From Cyanophora paradoxa CCMP329 (Eukaryota; Plantae; Glaucophyta), in contig QPMI01000430.1 in the NCBI GenBank assembly GCA_004431415.1, positions 1 through 64,000 on the forward strand: a stretch of 64,000 bases of DNA. Reading direction: 5' to 3'. Numbering within the stretch: position 1 is the first letter of the stretch; the number at the start of each line of letters is the position of its first letter. The translations under genes were made by a program, and so were the position numbers. Shown in pieces: positions 38,715 through 49,521 of this stretch. The notes under the pieces are model-generated. The model did no database searches. It saw only the letters and a program-made list of their open reading frames with translations, and had not been told where the DNA came from.

Positions 38715-39569
38715 TTATGGGGTGGGGTCATCGATTATATCTGGTTCCGAATAAAACCCTGTTGTGAAGATATCTGCAACGTTTACCCCTCGAAGTGCCG
38801 AAACAGCTGCTATATCTGTCCTCAGTCCCATAATCATAGTATTGTAAACTCCAACCTCAGTTACAAACAAATCATAGGTAAATGTCAAATTGTTATAAAC
38901 ACAATATCCTCGACCGAAATGGTTTGATGCTTGAACAAAGAATAGGTAATTATGACCTGTTTGATTGTTGTTTGCTCTGCACATAGATAGCATTGCTGTG
39001 GGAAGCGGAATATTTCTTCTTACTCGATCAGTTCCTGTTATAATAACCAATTCCGAATTTTCAAGAGTGACAGAGGAAGCAACATAGAAATGTAGAAAAG
39101 GTTGCTGTGCAACTGGTGTATAGAAACGTATTCGTTGGGGATTCTCTACATTTTGTTCAAGAGTATCTGGGACATCATTATACGAAATTGAGGATGAAAG
39201 TTGACCTGAAATTCGACAGCCACCCCCAATAAATGCTCCTCCTGATCTCACAGTAACAGCAGCAGAATTCTTATCGAAATCAAGGGCTTTCAGATCAACA
39301 CTGTAAGCATCAGGACCTCCATTGGTAGGCTGGAAAAAGTTAGCATTTGTGACAAGAAGTCGAGTTGTTTTAACCACACCAGAATTCTTATCAGCTCTCA
39401 GCTCTTTAACTCGAATAATCGAATTTTTATCAAAGGAGTTCCCATTGGAGTTGGGTCTCTCTGTGGATTCTAAACCACGAACCTCATCATTTACTTCATG
39501 CTGGCGAAAGTGCATAGCAGGGGATCCAAGGGAATATATTGGAAGTTGAACTCGATTATATTCACCCAT
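38715..39569 (-). CDS. Putative virion fibre protein (anchor-domain family)
   Basis: IRVKELRADKNSGVVKTTRLLVTNANF; start taken at ATG 39569. Confidence 0.6.
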   Translation of the reverse strand: MGEYNRVQLPIYSLGSPAMHFRQHEVNDEVRGLESTERPNSNGNSFDKNSIIRVKELRADKNSGVVKTTRLLVTNANFFQPTNGGPDAYSVDLKALDFDKNSAAVTVRSGGAFIGGGCRISGQLSSSISYNDVPDTLEQNVENPQRIRFYTPVAQQPFLHFYVASSVTLENSELVIITGTDRVRRNIPLPTAMLSMCRANNNQTGHNYLFFVQASNHFGRGYCVYNNLTFTYDLFVTEVGVYNTMIMGLRTDIAAVSALRGVNVADIFTTGFYSEPDIIDDPTP

Positions 39570-39608
39570 TGCTTCTTTTACTAAGAAGGAAAGAAAAATA
39601 AACACCAT

Positions 39609-39917
39609 TCAAGCCAAAGCAATTAGATTGGATCCAAGAGATTGGTAAGCGGTTGTTAGACATTGGATGTTGGATGTCATCGCTTTGAGGTTAGAATCAC
39701 ATTCACCATATTTTGTTACTGGGTCACCATAAGCCGATTGCGCGAGGACATTAACCAAGAGGTTTTTATATTCATGAACAACTGGGGACAGTTTGTTAGT
39801 TTGCTGAATTGTTTTTTCGACGTTTTGTAGCGCGGCTACAAGTTTAATAGTATCGAATGCAAGAGCGACAGGCTCAGTAGTAGTGGAAGGAGATCCACCA
39901 AGTGGATAGGTCGCCAT
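39609..39917 (-). CDS. Hypothetical protein, 102 aa
   Basis: Tightly packed ORF in the structural cluster. Confidence 0.6.
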   Translation of the reverse strand: MATYPLGGSPSTTTEPVALAFDTIKLVAALQNVEKTIQQTNKLSPVVHEYKNLLVNVLAQSAYGDPVTKYGECDSNLKAMTSNIQCLTTAYQSLGSNLIALA

Positions 39918-39920
39918 TTA

Positions 39921-42900
39921 CTATACTGTGACATTTTTAATTTGGTCTATTTGACTTTGGAGATTTTCACATGTTTGTGTTAAATCTTTGCATTTCTTAG
40001 ATAACTCTTTAACGGCTTCTATGAGAACTGGAATTAAACCCGTGTATTCGAGAGAAAGGTAACCATCTTCTTTTGTGACACTTACAATTTCTGGTATTAC
40101 CTTTTCTACATCTTGCGCAATTAAACCTAATTTTGTTCCGTCTTTTTCACTCCCAATTCGTTTAAAACTCACTCCTTCTAATTTTTCGATTGCTGAAAGA
40201 GCGCCGGTTATCTTTTTAATATCTGTTTTGTATCTTCTGTCACTTCCTTGTGTTAAATAATTGTTTATCCACATCCGCCCGTCATGATCGATCCAACAAA
40301 TATCAGAATCTAATTCATTTCGAAATCTTATTGGATAAGTTCCTCTTCCTTTCAAATATGTAGAACCATTGTTACCGAAATGAATTCGATTATATCCATC
40401 ACTGGAATTAAACCAAGTCTCCACAGCTCCTGTTAAGATATTTGGTTTACTATAAACATTATTCCAATGAATATAGCCGGTGTGACCACCATAGCTATGC
40501 CCAACCCATATTTTCATATAACTTATACCCATAATATGAACTCTTCCTATCTTTGGTCTAATCCGAATAGTGAGGAATCGATTACCAAGATGTATTGGAA
40601 CATTATTTATACCACTGTGGTTACCATCAGGCGATGTGGCGTATGGTTGATAACTATTCACTGATGTAATAAAAACTTCATTCCCTTGTCTATTAACTCC
40701 CCAAATTTCAAAAAGTCGTGAGTTAGTCCAAGGTAAATAGGTTAAAAATGCTGTTCCTGTGTGGTATCCATCGGGTATATCGAAGTCAATCCAAGCGGTA
40801 GAAGTTTGGTCATCAGATTGATTATTATGGACATATGAACCATAATTATAATGTGGATCCCATGCTGAACTCCACGCCCATGTCCAACCCTCAGAACATC
40901 TATTAAATGCAATGCCTCCTACTGTTTTATCTGCTGTGTGAAACTTTGGGACATCATTACCGTTTATTTGGAGTTTGGTAGTAGCATTAATAGTAGGTGC
41001 TGTAATAGTATTATTCACCCAAAAGTTACCATTGTTATAAGATTTTAAAATGGCTGTATCTGCTGAGTTTCTGAATTCAATTGACACAGCATCACCATTT
41101 GGTCTCCCTCGTATATATGTGCAATCGCCATTACCAAACCAAATTCGCTCGACTGCATCTACTGATTTTAACCATGTATTTGTTGGCCATGTTGCGGTTT
41201 GTGGAAGGTCTGCGGCTGAGTAAAATGATGGTTTACTAAATACATTATCCCAAGAGATCATGCCCAATTCATTATCTGTTGCTCTCTGTCTACTCCAACC
41301 GAAAACACCCGTTAGATGAATGCGACCTTTTCGACCTTGAACATAAATATATTTGTAAAACTCACAATTGATTGAGGCAAACAAAATACAATTGTGTGTT
41401 CCATCTTGATTAACTTCCTGAATTACTTGATAAGCATTTACACGCTTTAAGAAATGTTGATATCCATTAACAGTTTGCCCGTAGATATCGAAATATCTAC
41501 AATTACCCCAAGGCATGTGCTGAATATAAAACGATTTCATACCTGTCGGAACAACCCACCTCATCCAACATCCGCTACAATCATCATCATTTTGTGGTGT
41601 TGTATAACATCCTGTTTGTCCGGTTCTTGGTGTCCATCCTGTAACAGTCCAATTATTTGCGCTTCTATCTGATGAAACCACATCTAATTGGTCGAAATCG
41701 TAACCTTTTGGTATTGTGGTTCCGCCAATTTGTAAAGTGGTAGCATTCACAGTTCCTGTTACAGTTCCACCTGTTAGAGGTAGATAATTAGCAAGTGCCG
41801 CCGTTAAATCGGTATCTGTAACAAAATCTGTAACAGCTAACTGTAATTCTGTATTTGTAACATAATCTTTGTTTTCTAAGTAATCATCTGTAACAACACC
41901 GGAAAGGGTTGTATTGTGTAAGTTTTTCGCCGCCATTCTCTGATTGACTTCTAAGGCGCCACCTGATAACGTTTTTATCCACGCCATCTCACATTTTCCG
42001 TGATCATCTGTGGGTTGTCCCACAACAGGAAGGTAGTTTACAACTTTCTCCCTTGTGAAAACTATCTTAGGTCTTGCTCCATCATATGCGCTTTGATCTG
42101 TTACATTTACTTGTATCGCTGCTGAAAAATCCGCTACTTGTCCTGTTTCACCCGGGTGATAATTCGTGACATAGATACTGGGGAAAGTATCATTAATTCC
42201 TACATTAAAATCGCCACTATACACTCCATTTACGATTGGATCCCTGGGTAATCTTACTGCAAGAGTTCCCACCATCGGTGTGCCGTCTTGACCTGTAAAT
42301 GAACCATTGAGACTAACATAATGATCATTCAAAAATAGCCTTTCAGGTGTATTACTCGATTGGTAAAGTGTGACTCCATTAAAAACGTTTCCGATTGCAT
42401 TCAATTGGGCAAAAACTGGCTGTTCGTCTATTTCGTCCCAATTGTGCCTATGTGCAAAATCTGTGATTTGCGCTTTTGTGTGAGTATGGTCAAAATCTGT
42501 GATTTGCGCTTTTGTGTGAGTATGGTCAAAATCTGTGATTTGCGCTTTTGTGTGAGTATGGTCAAAATCTGTGATTTGCGCTTTTGTGTGAGTATGGTCA
42601 AAATCTGTGATTTGCGCTTTTGTGTGAGTATGGTCAAAATCTGTGATTTGCGCTTTTGTGTGAGTATGGTCAAAATCTGTTATTTGCGCTTTTGTGTGAG
42701 TATGGGCAAAATCTGTGATCTGATCTTTGGTGTGTGTGTGGTTTTGTATCCAACCTTGAACCACATTAGAGGTTGGATGATGAGGTAAATTTGCATTGCT
42801 TATAACTGTAAGGTAATCTATTACAGTATCAGGTGAGGTTATTTTTAATCCTCTGTAAATATTCAGAGTCTGGGTATGAGTGAATCCATATTTTTGTTGA

Positions 42901-45811
42901 ATGTAATACCTCACAGCATTCTTTTCAGAAGTTGTCAAAGCCCTATTGAAAACAATCAACTCGGAAATACCACCATTCACAATATTACCAAATCCGAAAT
43001 GATTGACAGTATTATCTGGTAGATAATTCGTTCCTACAAGTGTTTGAATATCTACTCCATTTAACCCGACTGTGTAGCTGTTTGGAGTAATTGTTTGGTC
43101 AGTGTAATACCATGTATTTATTAAAGAAGGAACCGTAATAACTGGGCGGGTTTGGGATACTCCATTAATAGTAAACTGGTTCATTCCAATAGCAGTAGAA
43201 GATGTTGCCCCATAATAACAATATCGTGATGGAGAGGCGCTTCTGTAAAGTCTCAAATGAACTTGCATAGAAGAGGTAGTTGGATGATATTTTCCCACAA
43301 AGAAAAATGTAAGCCCATTTGAGAAATCAATAGTCCTTGTAGCAGAGGTATATGCATAAAAAGTGCCTGTTGGGTTTGAAACACTAACTTGGTTGTTGAT
43401 TTCGGGATTGGTGTAATAGGAACTGACTCCGGAGATAAACAAGTCTGGAACAACTGAATTTGGGACTCTACTTATTATAGTTGTATACGTTGCTGATTGA
43501 CCTGGTTCTCCTGATGCCTTCCAAGCAAAAATGCAGTTCGAGATATTTAATGCTGGATCAAAGCTTGCTGGAACATCATACCATTCTCTGTAAACTTGAT
43601 TCATGGTATTAAAATTGCCTGAACCAACTGTAAGAATTCCATTCACTTTTAGGTTGCTGGTCTCTATGTTGCTACTGTAAATATTACTATTAACCGTAAG
43701 ATCTCCTGTGATCGTCCACCAACAAGCGGAAGATATTTAGATAATTCCGCGGCAAATTCAGGTTTTGTTACATAATTTCCAAGCATAGCAAGAGTAACGA
43801 AATTAACGAGAATTACAGCCGTTAGGTAATCTTCTGTTACCACTCTCGAAATATCTTCATTGTGTATATTTTTTGCAGCCATTCTTTGATTGGCTTCGAG
43901 AACCCCACCATAATCTGTTTTAATCCATGCAAGCTCTGCCCTTCCATAATTATCATTTGCAGTTCCCACTATGGGAATGTAGGAATACTTATCTCTGCTG
44001 AATACTATCATTGGTCTTGAACCATCTAAGCTGCTTACATCTGCTACATGAACCTGTATAGCAGAGTTGTAATTTTGGTAGGTTGCTGGGTCTGTTGGGA
44101 CTCTGAATGTATCTGTGGGAATGTCAGCCTCCATGTAGCTTGACACAAAGATATTTGGTATGGTTGCTCCTGGTTCAGGTGGTGGATTATAAGAGCCTGG
44201 TAATGTCCTAATATGAAGTGGTCCTCTCATAGCTGAATTCGCAAGTGTCCCATTCACATGAACATAGTGTTCATTCAAAAAGATCCTTTCAGGGACATTG
44301 CAAGTCTGGTAAAGAGAAACTCCCAGAGTAGCAAGAGGCTCTACTTTTGCGAATTCTGGTTGGTCATTGATCTCATCCCAGGTGTGTTCATGGTTGCTTG
44401 CTGCAAACTTATCTGGTATCCCATCCAGATCACCCCAATCATGCCTGTGATCCTCTGGTGGGAATTTCTCTGGTTTACCTAAGATCTCATCCCAGTCATG
44501 GTTGTGATCCTCTGGTGGAAATCTTGCTGGTTTGTTATTGATCTGCTCCCAATCTGGGAAGAACTCCCAAATCTCTGGGCGAAATCCATCTGGTAATAAT
44601 TCTTCATGGGGTTCATATGGTTGCTCATAATCAACAACTGGTGGTTCGAGACCATCTGCTAAATATTCCTCATGGGGTTCATAATTCTGCTCATATTCAT
44701 ACTCTTGTGGATCTAAACCATCTGGTAAATACTCTTCCTCATTGGGATCATATTGATCATATTCATACTCTTGTGGGTCGAAACCATCAGGTAGGTATTC
44801 CTCCTCATCTGGAACGAATTGGTATTCGTCAAGCTCCAAAATATCAATTTCAGGAGGTAAATATTGCTCATCAATTTGCTTTCTTGGTTCAATTATAGGT
44901 TTATTTCGAACTTGCTCCCAACTCACAATGTGTTGACCAAAAGGAACTGTCTCATCTGCTGTGTATTCTCTTCCGGGTTGTTTTTTTGGTGTAAGATCTG
45001 GTGGATCCCATGGTAACGGAAATGGAACTGGAACAGGTCCGTAATGTTCAAATATTTCTCTTATCGTTTTCTCACTAACAAGTTTCTCGCCATTTGCATA
45101 CACGTTGCTACCGTGAATATTTCGCCACTGTCGGGTTCTAATACCAAGATCTTTTGTGTTTGAAAACAAAGGTAGTAAATGTCGATCCATTTCGACAAGA
45201 TCGGGATGTAGATGAATCGCTACTGGTTGAGTGGGACTACTATTAATGGTTATTGATGGTTTTTGTTGGTGAACGTCTTTCGGAGTAAAAAACCCAAAAG
45301 GTTCATTTTTCGCAAAATCATAAGTAATGTCTTTTGGGTATACATTATTTGTGATACATACTTGATTCGCATTAGGAAAACTACCTACTTGTAAGATTTG
45401 TGATGACTCGACGATTGGTGTGCTACCTTCATTATAAATTCTTAGACCTGTATTCTGTTTACCTTTCTCATCTTGAACATTAAACACTAATCGCCCACTA
45501 TCGAAACGCGTCGGAATATCGGGATGGGTTTTACTTGTTTTAAGTTTCCGTTGTCTTCTTGTTGCTTTAATTTCGGCAACTTCGTTTTTTTTAACGTCTC
45601 CCAAACTGAAAGCAATACTTACATCTTCTCTGTTTGGGTCTGTTTGATTCAGCGATAAAGCATGCTCTCTGGATTGCGTCTTACTGGGTTTATCTGCGCT
45701 CTGATCAATAGAAGCCGACCCTTTGATGGTGATATTATCGAAATTCACATGTTTCGGGTTTGTTTTACCACCACTTATTGTTTGTAAATTTGCTGGATAA
45801 TTGAAACTCAT
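39921..45811 (-). CDS. Giant fibre protein (~1,960 aa once a 1-nt frameshift at ~43716 is repaired) with C-terminal peptidase S74 chaperone
   Basis: Adding one base restores YLPLVGGTITGDLTVNSNIYSSNIETSNLKVNGILTVG across both ORFs. Contains HTHTKAQITDF repeats, a LamG-like segment and SDRRYKTDI..GLIAQDVEKVIPEIV..Y.GLIPVLIEAVKEL. Confidence 0.85.
42447..42740 (-). repeat. 36-bp coding tandem repeat (HTHTKAQITDFD), about 8 copies
   Basis: Seen directly. Confidence 0.95.
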
Positions 45812-45860
45812 CCCTGCATGCTCTACATATAGAGATTTATTAAATTTCGATAAAGTAAAG

Positions 45861-47417
45861 ATGCCTCAAAAGATCGTTTTAGCGTTGTCTGGTGGAGGTG
45901 CGCGTGGTATCATCATAACAAGGTTACTAACAGAAATTGAAAATAGAACTGGTAGACGTATAATAAATCTTGTCGATCTTGTAAGCGGAACATCCACAGG
46001 TGGTATAATTGCTATTGGGTTAAACATCAGACATCCTGAGATGCCCTATGAACCGAAACTAACCGCTAACGATTTGCATAATATATATCTAACACAACTA
46101 CCGTTAATTTTTGCGAATCCGCGAAATATCATTGAAAATGCCCTTTTCAATACAAAATACGATGCTACACCACTGGAAAGTGCGATTTATTCAGTAACTG
46201 GTGAATCACTCATAAGAGATTCTCTAAAAGACATTGTGATTACATCTTTTGATACTCAATATATGAAACCAATATTTATAACAAACGATAACAAATACAA
46301 TTTTTTGCCGAATAAAATAGTAGCGCGTGCTACATCTGCTGCTCCAACATACTTTTCACCTGTTAGCATTGTAGATTTCAATAATGGCGTAATTGCTTCT
46401 CTGATTGATGGCGCAATTTCAGGAAACAATAACCCAAGTGTATGCGGTTATAGTCATGCAAAAAAGATTTATAATGAAGATGATGAAATTATAGTTATAA
46501 GTATATCTTGTGGTGAGGTTGATGCAAATTTAGAATCTGAATATTTCGGATATGCTTATGAGACTGTGAATAGCTGGGGTATTCTTTCATGGATTGCTTC
46601 AACAGAAGGAAGCCCATTAATTAATATGCTAATGGCTGCAAGCGAACTATCCGCTCTTGATAAAATGGAAGAATTACTACCTCCAAATCTTGACCAAGGA
46701 TATAATAGATATTTCCGTCTTTCTGTTCCGCTTCCAAATGATATAGTTCGATCACTTGATGATACATCTAAGATACCTGAAATGCTCGCATTCACTGAAA
46801 CGTATATTGCTGCAAATGACGCTATGATAAATAGACTCTGTGATTTACTTGTAACAAATTATGAGATTAATAACCCTGTCAGATCGTATATATCTTCCAC
46901 TCTTAATAACATACCTCCCATTGACGCTAATTGGTATCTTCTGTCAGATAATGCGTTTTCTGCTTCGTCTGCGAAATTCGGAAAAGAGGCATTTAAAGCC
47001 CGCCCATCATTAACAGGATGGGAAGCGAACGCATCCGCCATAAACGGAGTATGGGAAACGCCAACTGAATATTTGCAAATTGCTTTTCCATATACATATG
47101 AAATCGCTTCTATAATTGCTTATGGTTCAGGTATAACAACTGCGTTTATTAAAACTTTCAATGTTGCGACATCGCAAGATGGTTTAACATGGTCCTTCAT
47201 CAAATCTGATGGTGTAAATAGAATCTTTGTATGTGAAAATATAAATAATGCTAATAACTCTGGGGATGTATCATATAACGGGGGCTTTCCGCTTGCAATA
47301 AACGATGTTTTCTATATAGGTTTCCCACTGAGAACAAGATATATACGAATATATCCGTTGGTATATATAAATGCTCCGACCATGAGAGTCGATGTGACGG
47401 GCGCATTTATACGGTAG
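45861..47417 (+). CDS. Patatin-like phospholipase fused to an F5/8 type C (discoidin)-like domain
   Basis: GGGARG, GTSTG, ATSAAPTYF and IDG motifs; C-terminal EYLQIAF..IKTFNVATSQDGLTW..RTRYIRIYP..MRVDVTG. Confidence 0.9.
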   Translation: MPQKIVLALSGGGARGIIITRLLTEIENRTGRRIINLVDLVSGTSTGGIIAIGLNIRHPEMPYEPKLTANDLHNIYLTQLPLIFANPRNIIENALFNTKYDATPLESAIYSVTGESLIRDSLKDIVITSFDTQYMKPIFITNDNKYNFLPNKIVARATSAAPTYFSPVSIVDFNNGVIASLIDGAISGNNNPSVCGYSHAKKIYNEDDEIIVISISCGEVDANLESEYFGYAYETVNSWGILSWIASTEGSPLINMLMAASELSALDKMEELLPPNLDQGYNRYFRLSVPLPNDIVRSLDDTSKIPEMLAFTETYIAANDAMINRLCDLLVTNYEINNPVRSYISSTLNNIPPIDANWYLLSDNAFSASSAKFGKEAFKARPSLTGWEANASAINGVWETPTEYLQIAFPYTYEIASIIAYGSGITTAFIKTFNVATSQDGLTWSFIKSDGVNRIFVCENINNANNSGDVSYNGGFPLAINDVFYIGFPLRTRYIRIYPLVYINAPTMRVDVTGAFIR

Positions 47418-47614
47418 AAAAAAGAGGGAATTTTTTCCGATTTTTTGATTATATATATGTATATGTATATATAATAATATTATTTAATATTATTTATTAT
47501 TTTTCCAAACATTTTTTTCTTGGTCAACCGGCAATACGGAGGTTTCGGTATATATAGTATATATATTTCGTGACGTCACGTGTATATATACGGTATATAT
47601 GTCGGAGGTTTAGA

Positions 47615-47800
47615 GGGGGGAATGAGTATCGTTATTAAAGGGGGGGAATGAGTATCGTTATTAAGGGGGGAATGAGTATCGTTATGGGGGGAATGAGTAT
47701 CGTTATTGGGGGGAATGAGTATCGTTATTATCGTTATTATCGTTATCATCGTTATTATCGTTATCTTATCGTTATCATCGTTCTTATCGTTATCTTATCT
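47615..47800. repeat. 5x GGGGGGAATGAGTATCGTTAT followed by a degenerate (TATCGTTAT)n array
   Basis: Seen directly, between the convergent patatin and integrase genes. Confidence 0.9.
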
Positions 47801-47935
47801 TTTTCATCGAAATTCCGGGAAAGTTCGCGAAATTCCAAGAAAATCATACAAACTGCTGTAACTCTTCACCAACTCATCAACTATTAAAACCGCGACCATC
47901 ACCGGAATCCTCTTTGCATCCTCTACACATCTATG

Positions 47936-49336
47936 CTACTTTCGCGAACCGGATCTTAGATTTACCCGGGTTTGAGGTGCTGAATATGTCTCTTTTGAGG
48001 TCTGGAAGTCTGTATACCATCTCTGACTGTTGACTTCTGATAGTTTCTGGGTTCCTGCTATGGTTAACTTCTTTAATTCACGCTCCGCCTTCGCTTTCTT
48101 CTTTGTTCTGGCTTGTGTTAACGGTTCTTCTGGGACGTCATCCGCTTTTTCGATGCCTTCCTTACGAATCGCCGAATCGACCCGGGCTTCTTCTTTCGCT
48201 TGTTCAAGTGCATCCACTGTGGGCGCTTCGTGATACTCAACACCTTTGATAGGTAACAGTTCGTGGAAAGCGAATCTCCCTTCGACCATTTCGCCGTTCG
48301 GATTTCGCAACCTGAACTTGAAACCCTCTCTCCCTTCGACAGTATAGACGATTCGCGACCAATTGACACCTTGTTTAGCGAATGGGTTCTTTTCTATTCT
48401 CACTCTCACAAACATACCCTGTTTCACACCATCTAAGTAAGCCATTGACTTCTTGAACCTCTCATCTTCTAATCCGATAATCTCACGGTAATGATCTTCC
48501 GTCGTTTCTGCTGGTTTTCTCTTGGTTGCTGAGTGGATGGTATTATTATAGTTATACTCAATGTCTCCCAATACATCGAAGAATCGCGCTGTGTTGTTTG
48601 CTATGCAATAGTTCGTGATCAATCGTTTGATCTGCTTGTTAAACGCTTCGATTCTACCTTGGCTTCGATGATCTGCGACATCGCTTATCTGATGGTCTAT
48701 GAACTTCTTAGCAAGGTAATTCGTGAACATGTTATTTGTGAACTCGCTTCCGCTGTCACTCTGAACGCGTGCGATAGGTCGAGGAACTCTTCGTTGTAGC
48801 TGTTCAAACGCCGCAAGCGCCGTAAGAGCGCTCTTATCTCTCATCGGAATGATGTAACCCGTGCGTAAGGTAGATTCCATCGCGGACATGAACGTATCGT
48901 ATCCGTCGTTTTGGTTCTTGTATGCTGGGAAGAAGAGCAGATCGATTACGTAGGTATCGAGAGGTTGCCGAATCGGAATCATCGGATCTCTCTTTCTTGA
49001 AAGGGTCGGTGCGTTTATCTGAACGACTTCCTGTTTATCATACCATTCTCTCATCTTCTTGTAGTCTTCCTCTGGTAGTTCCTTTCTCATTGCCCCGAAA
49101 CCTTTGTAACCTGTGCGCGGATCGTAAAACTTCTTCGCGATCTTCGATTCTTTCGTTGCAGTCTCAGTAGGTAATGCCTCCGGGATCAGTTCTTTAACCA
49201 TCTCAGACTTCTTCAAGATTCGCGTGTTCTTCTCTTCGACCGGAATAGTGATCGGTAGCATGTTCCCTTGGTCTTCTTTCATGCTCTTCTTTACAATTTT
49301 AGGGACTGGTCGCAATCCTATCTGTGCTGAGGGCAT
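47936..49336 (-). CDS. rve (DDE) integrase, Polinton type
   Basis: IDLL, QSDSGSEF, SQGRIEAFNKQIK, YNNTIHSATKRKP, then an SH3-like GMFVRV..NWS segment; consistent with the 6-bp TSD. Confidence 0.92.
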   Translation of the reverse strand: MPSAQIGLRPVPKIVKKSMKEDQGNMLPITIPVEEKNTRILKKSEMVKELIPEALPTETATKESKIAKKFYDPRTGYKGFGAMRKELPEEDYKKMREWYDKQEVVQINAPTLSRKRDPMIPIRQPLDTYVIDLLFFPAYKNQNDGYDTFMSAMESTLRTGYIIPMRDKSALTALAAFEQLQRRVPRPIARVQSDSGSEFTNNMFTNYLAKKFIDHQISDVADHRSQGRIEAFNKQIKRLITNYCIANNTARFFDVLGDIEYNYNNTIHSATKRKPAETTEDHYREIIGLEDERFKKSMAYLDGVKQGMFVRVRIEKNPFAKQGVNWSRIVYTVEGREGFKFRLRNPNGEMVEGRFAFHELLPIKGVEYHEAPTVDALEQAKEEARVDSAIRKEGIEKADDVPEEPLTQARTKKKAKAERELKKLTIAGTQKLSEVNSQRWYTDFQTSKETYSAPQTRVNLRSGSRK

Positions 49337-49521
49337 CTTTACTTTATTTTCAATATATTAATAATGGACGAGCCGGTTTGGACAGAACACCCAAAACCAA
49401 ACTACTTTGCGATCGATCCAAACGACCCCGGTTTAAGGTGCATATGGTTGCTGCATCTGATCCGTGGTTTACTGCTACTTGGAGATCGAAAAAATAAAAA
49501 GAGAAGTATTGAGCAAGTATA

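Noticed and set aside
43646-43730. Programmed ribosomal frameshift between the two fibre ORFs
   Set aside because: No slippery heptamer seen; same single-base-loss pattern as the other breaks.
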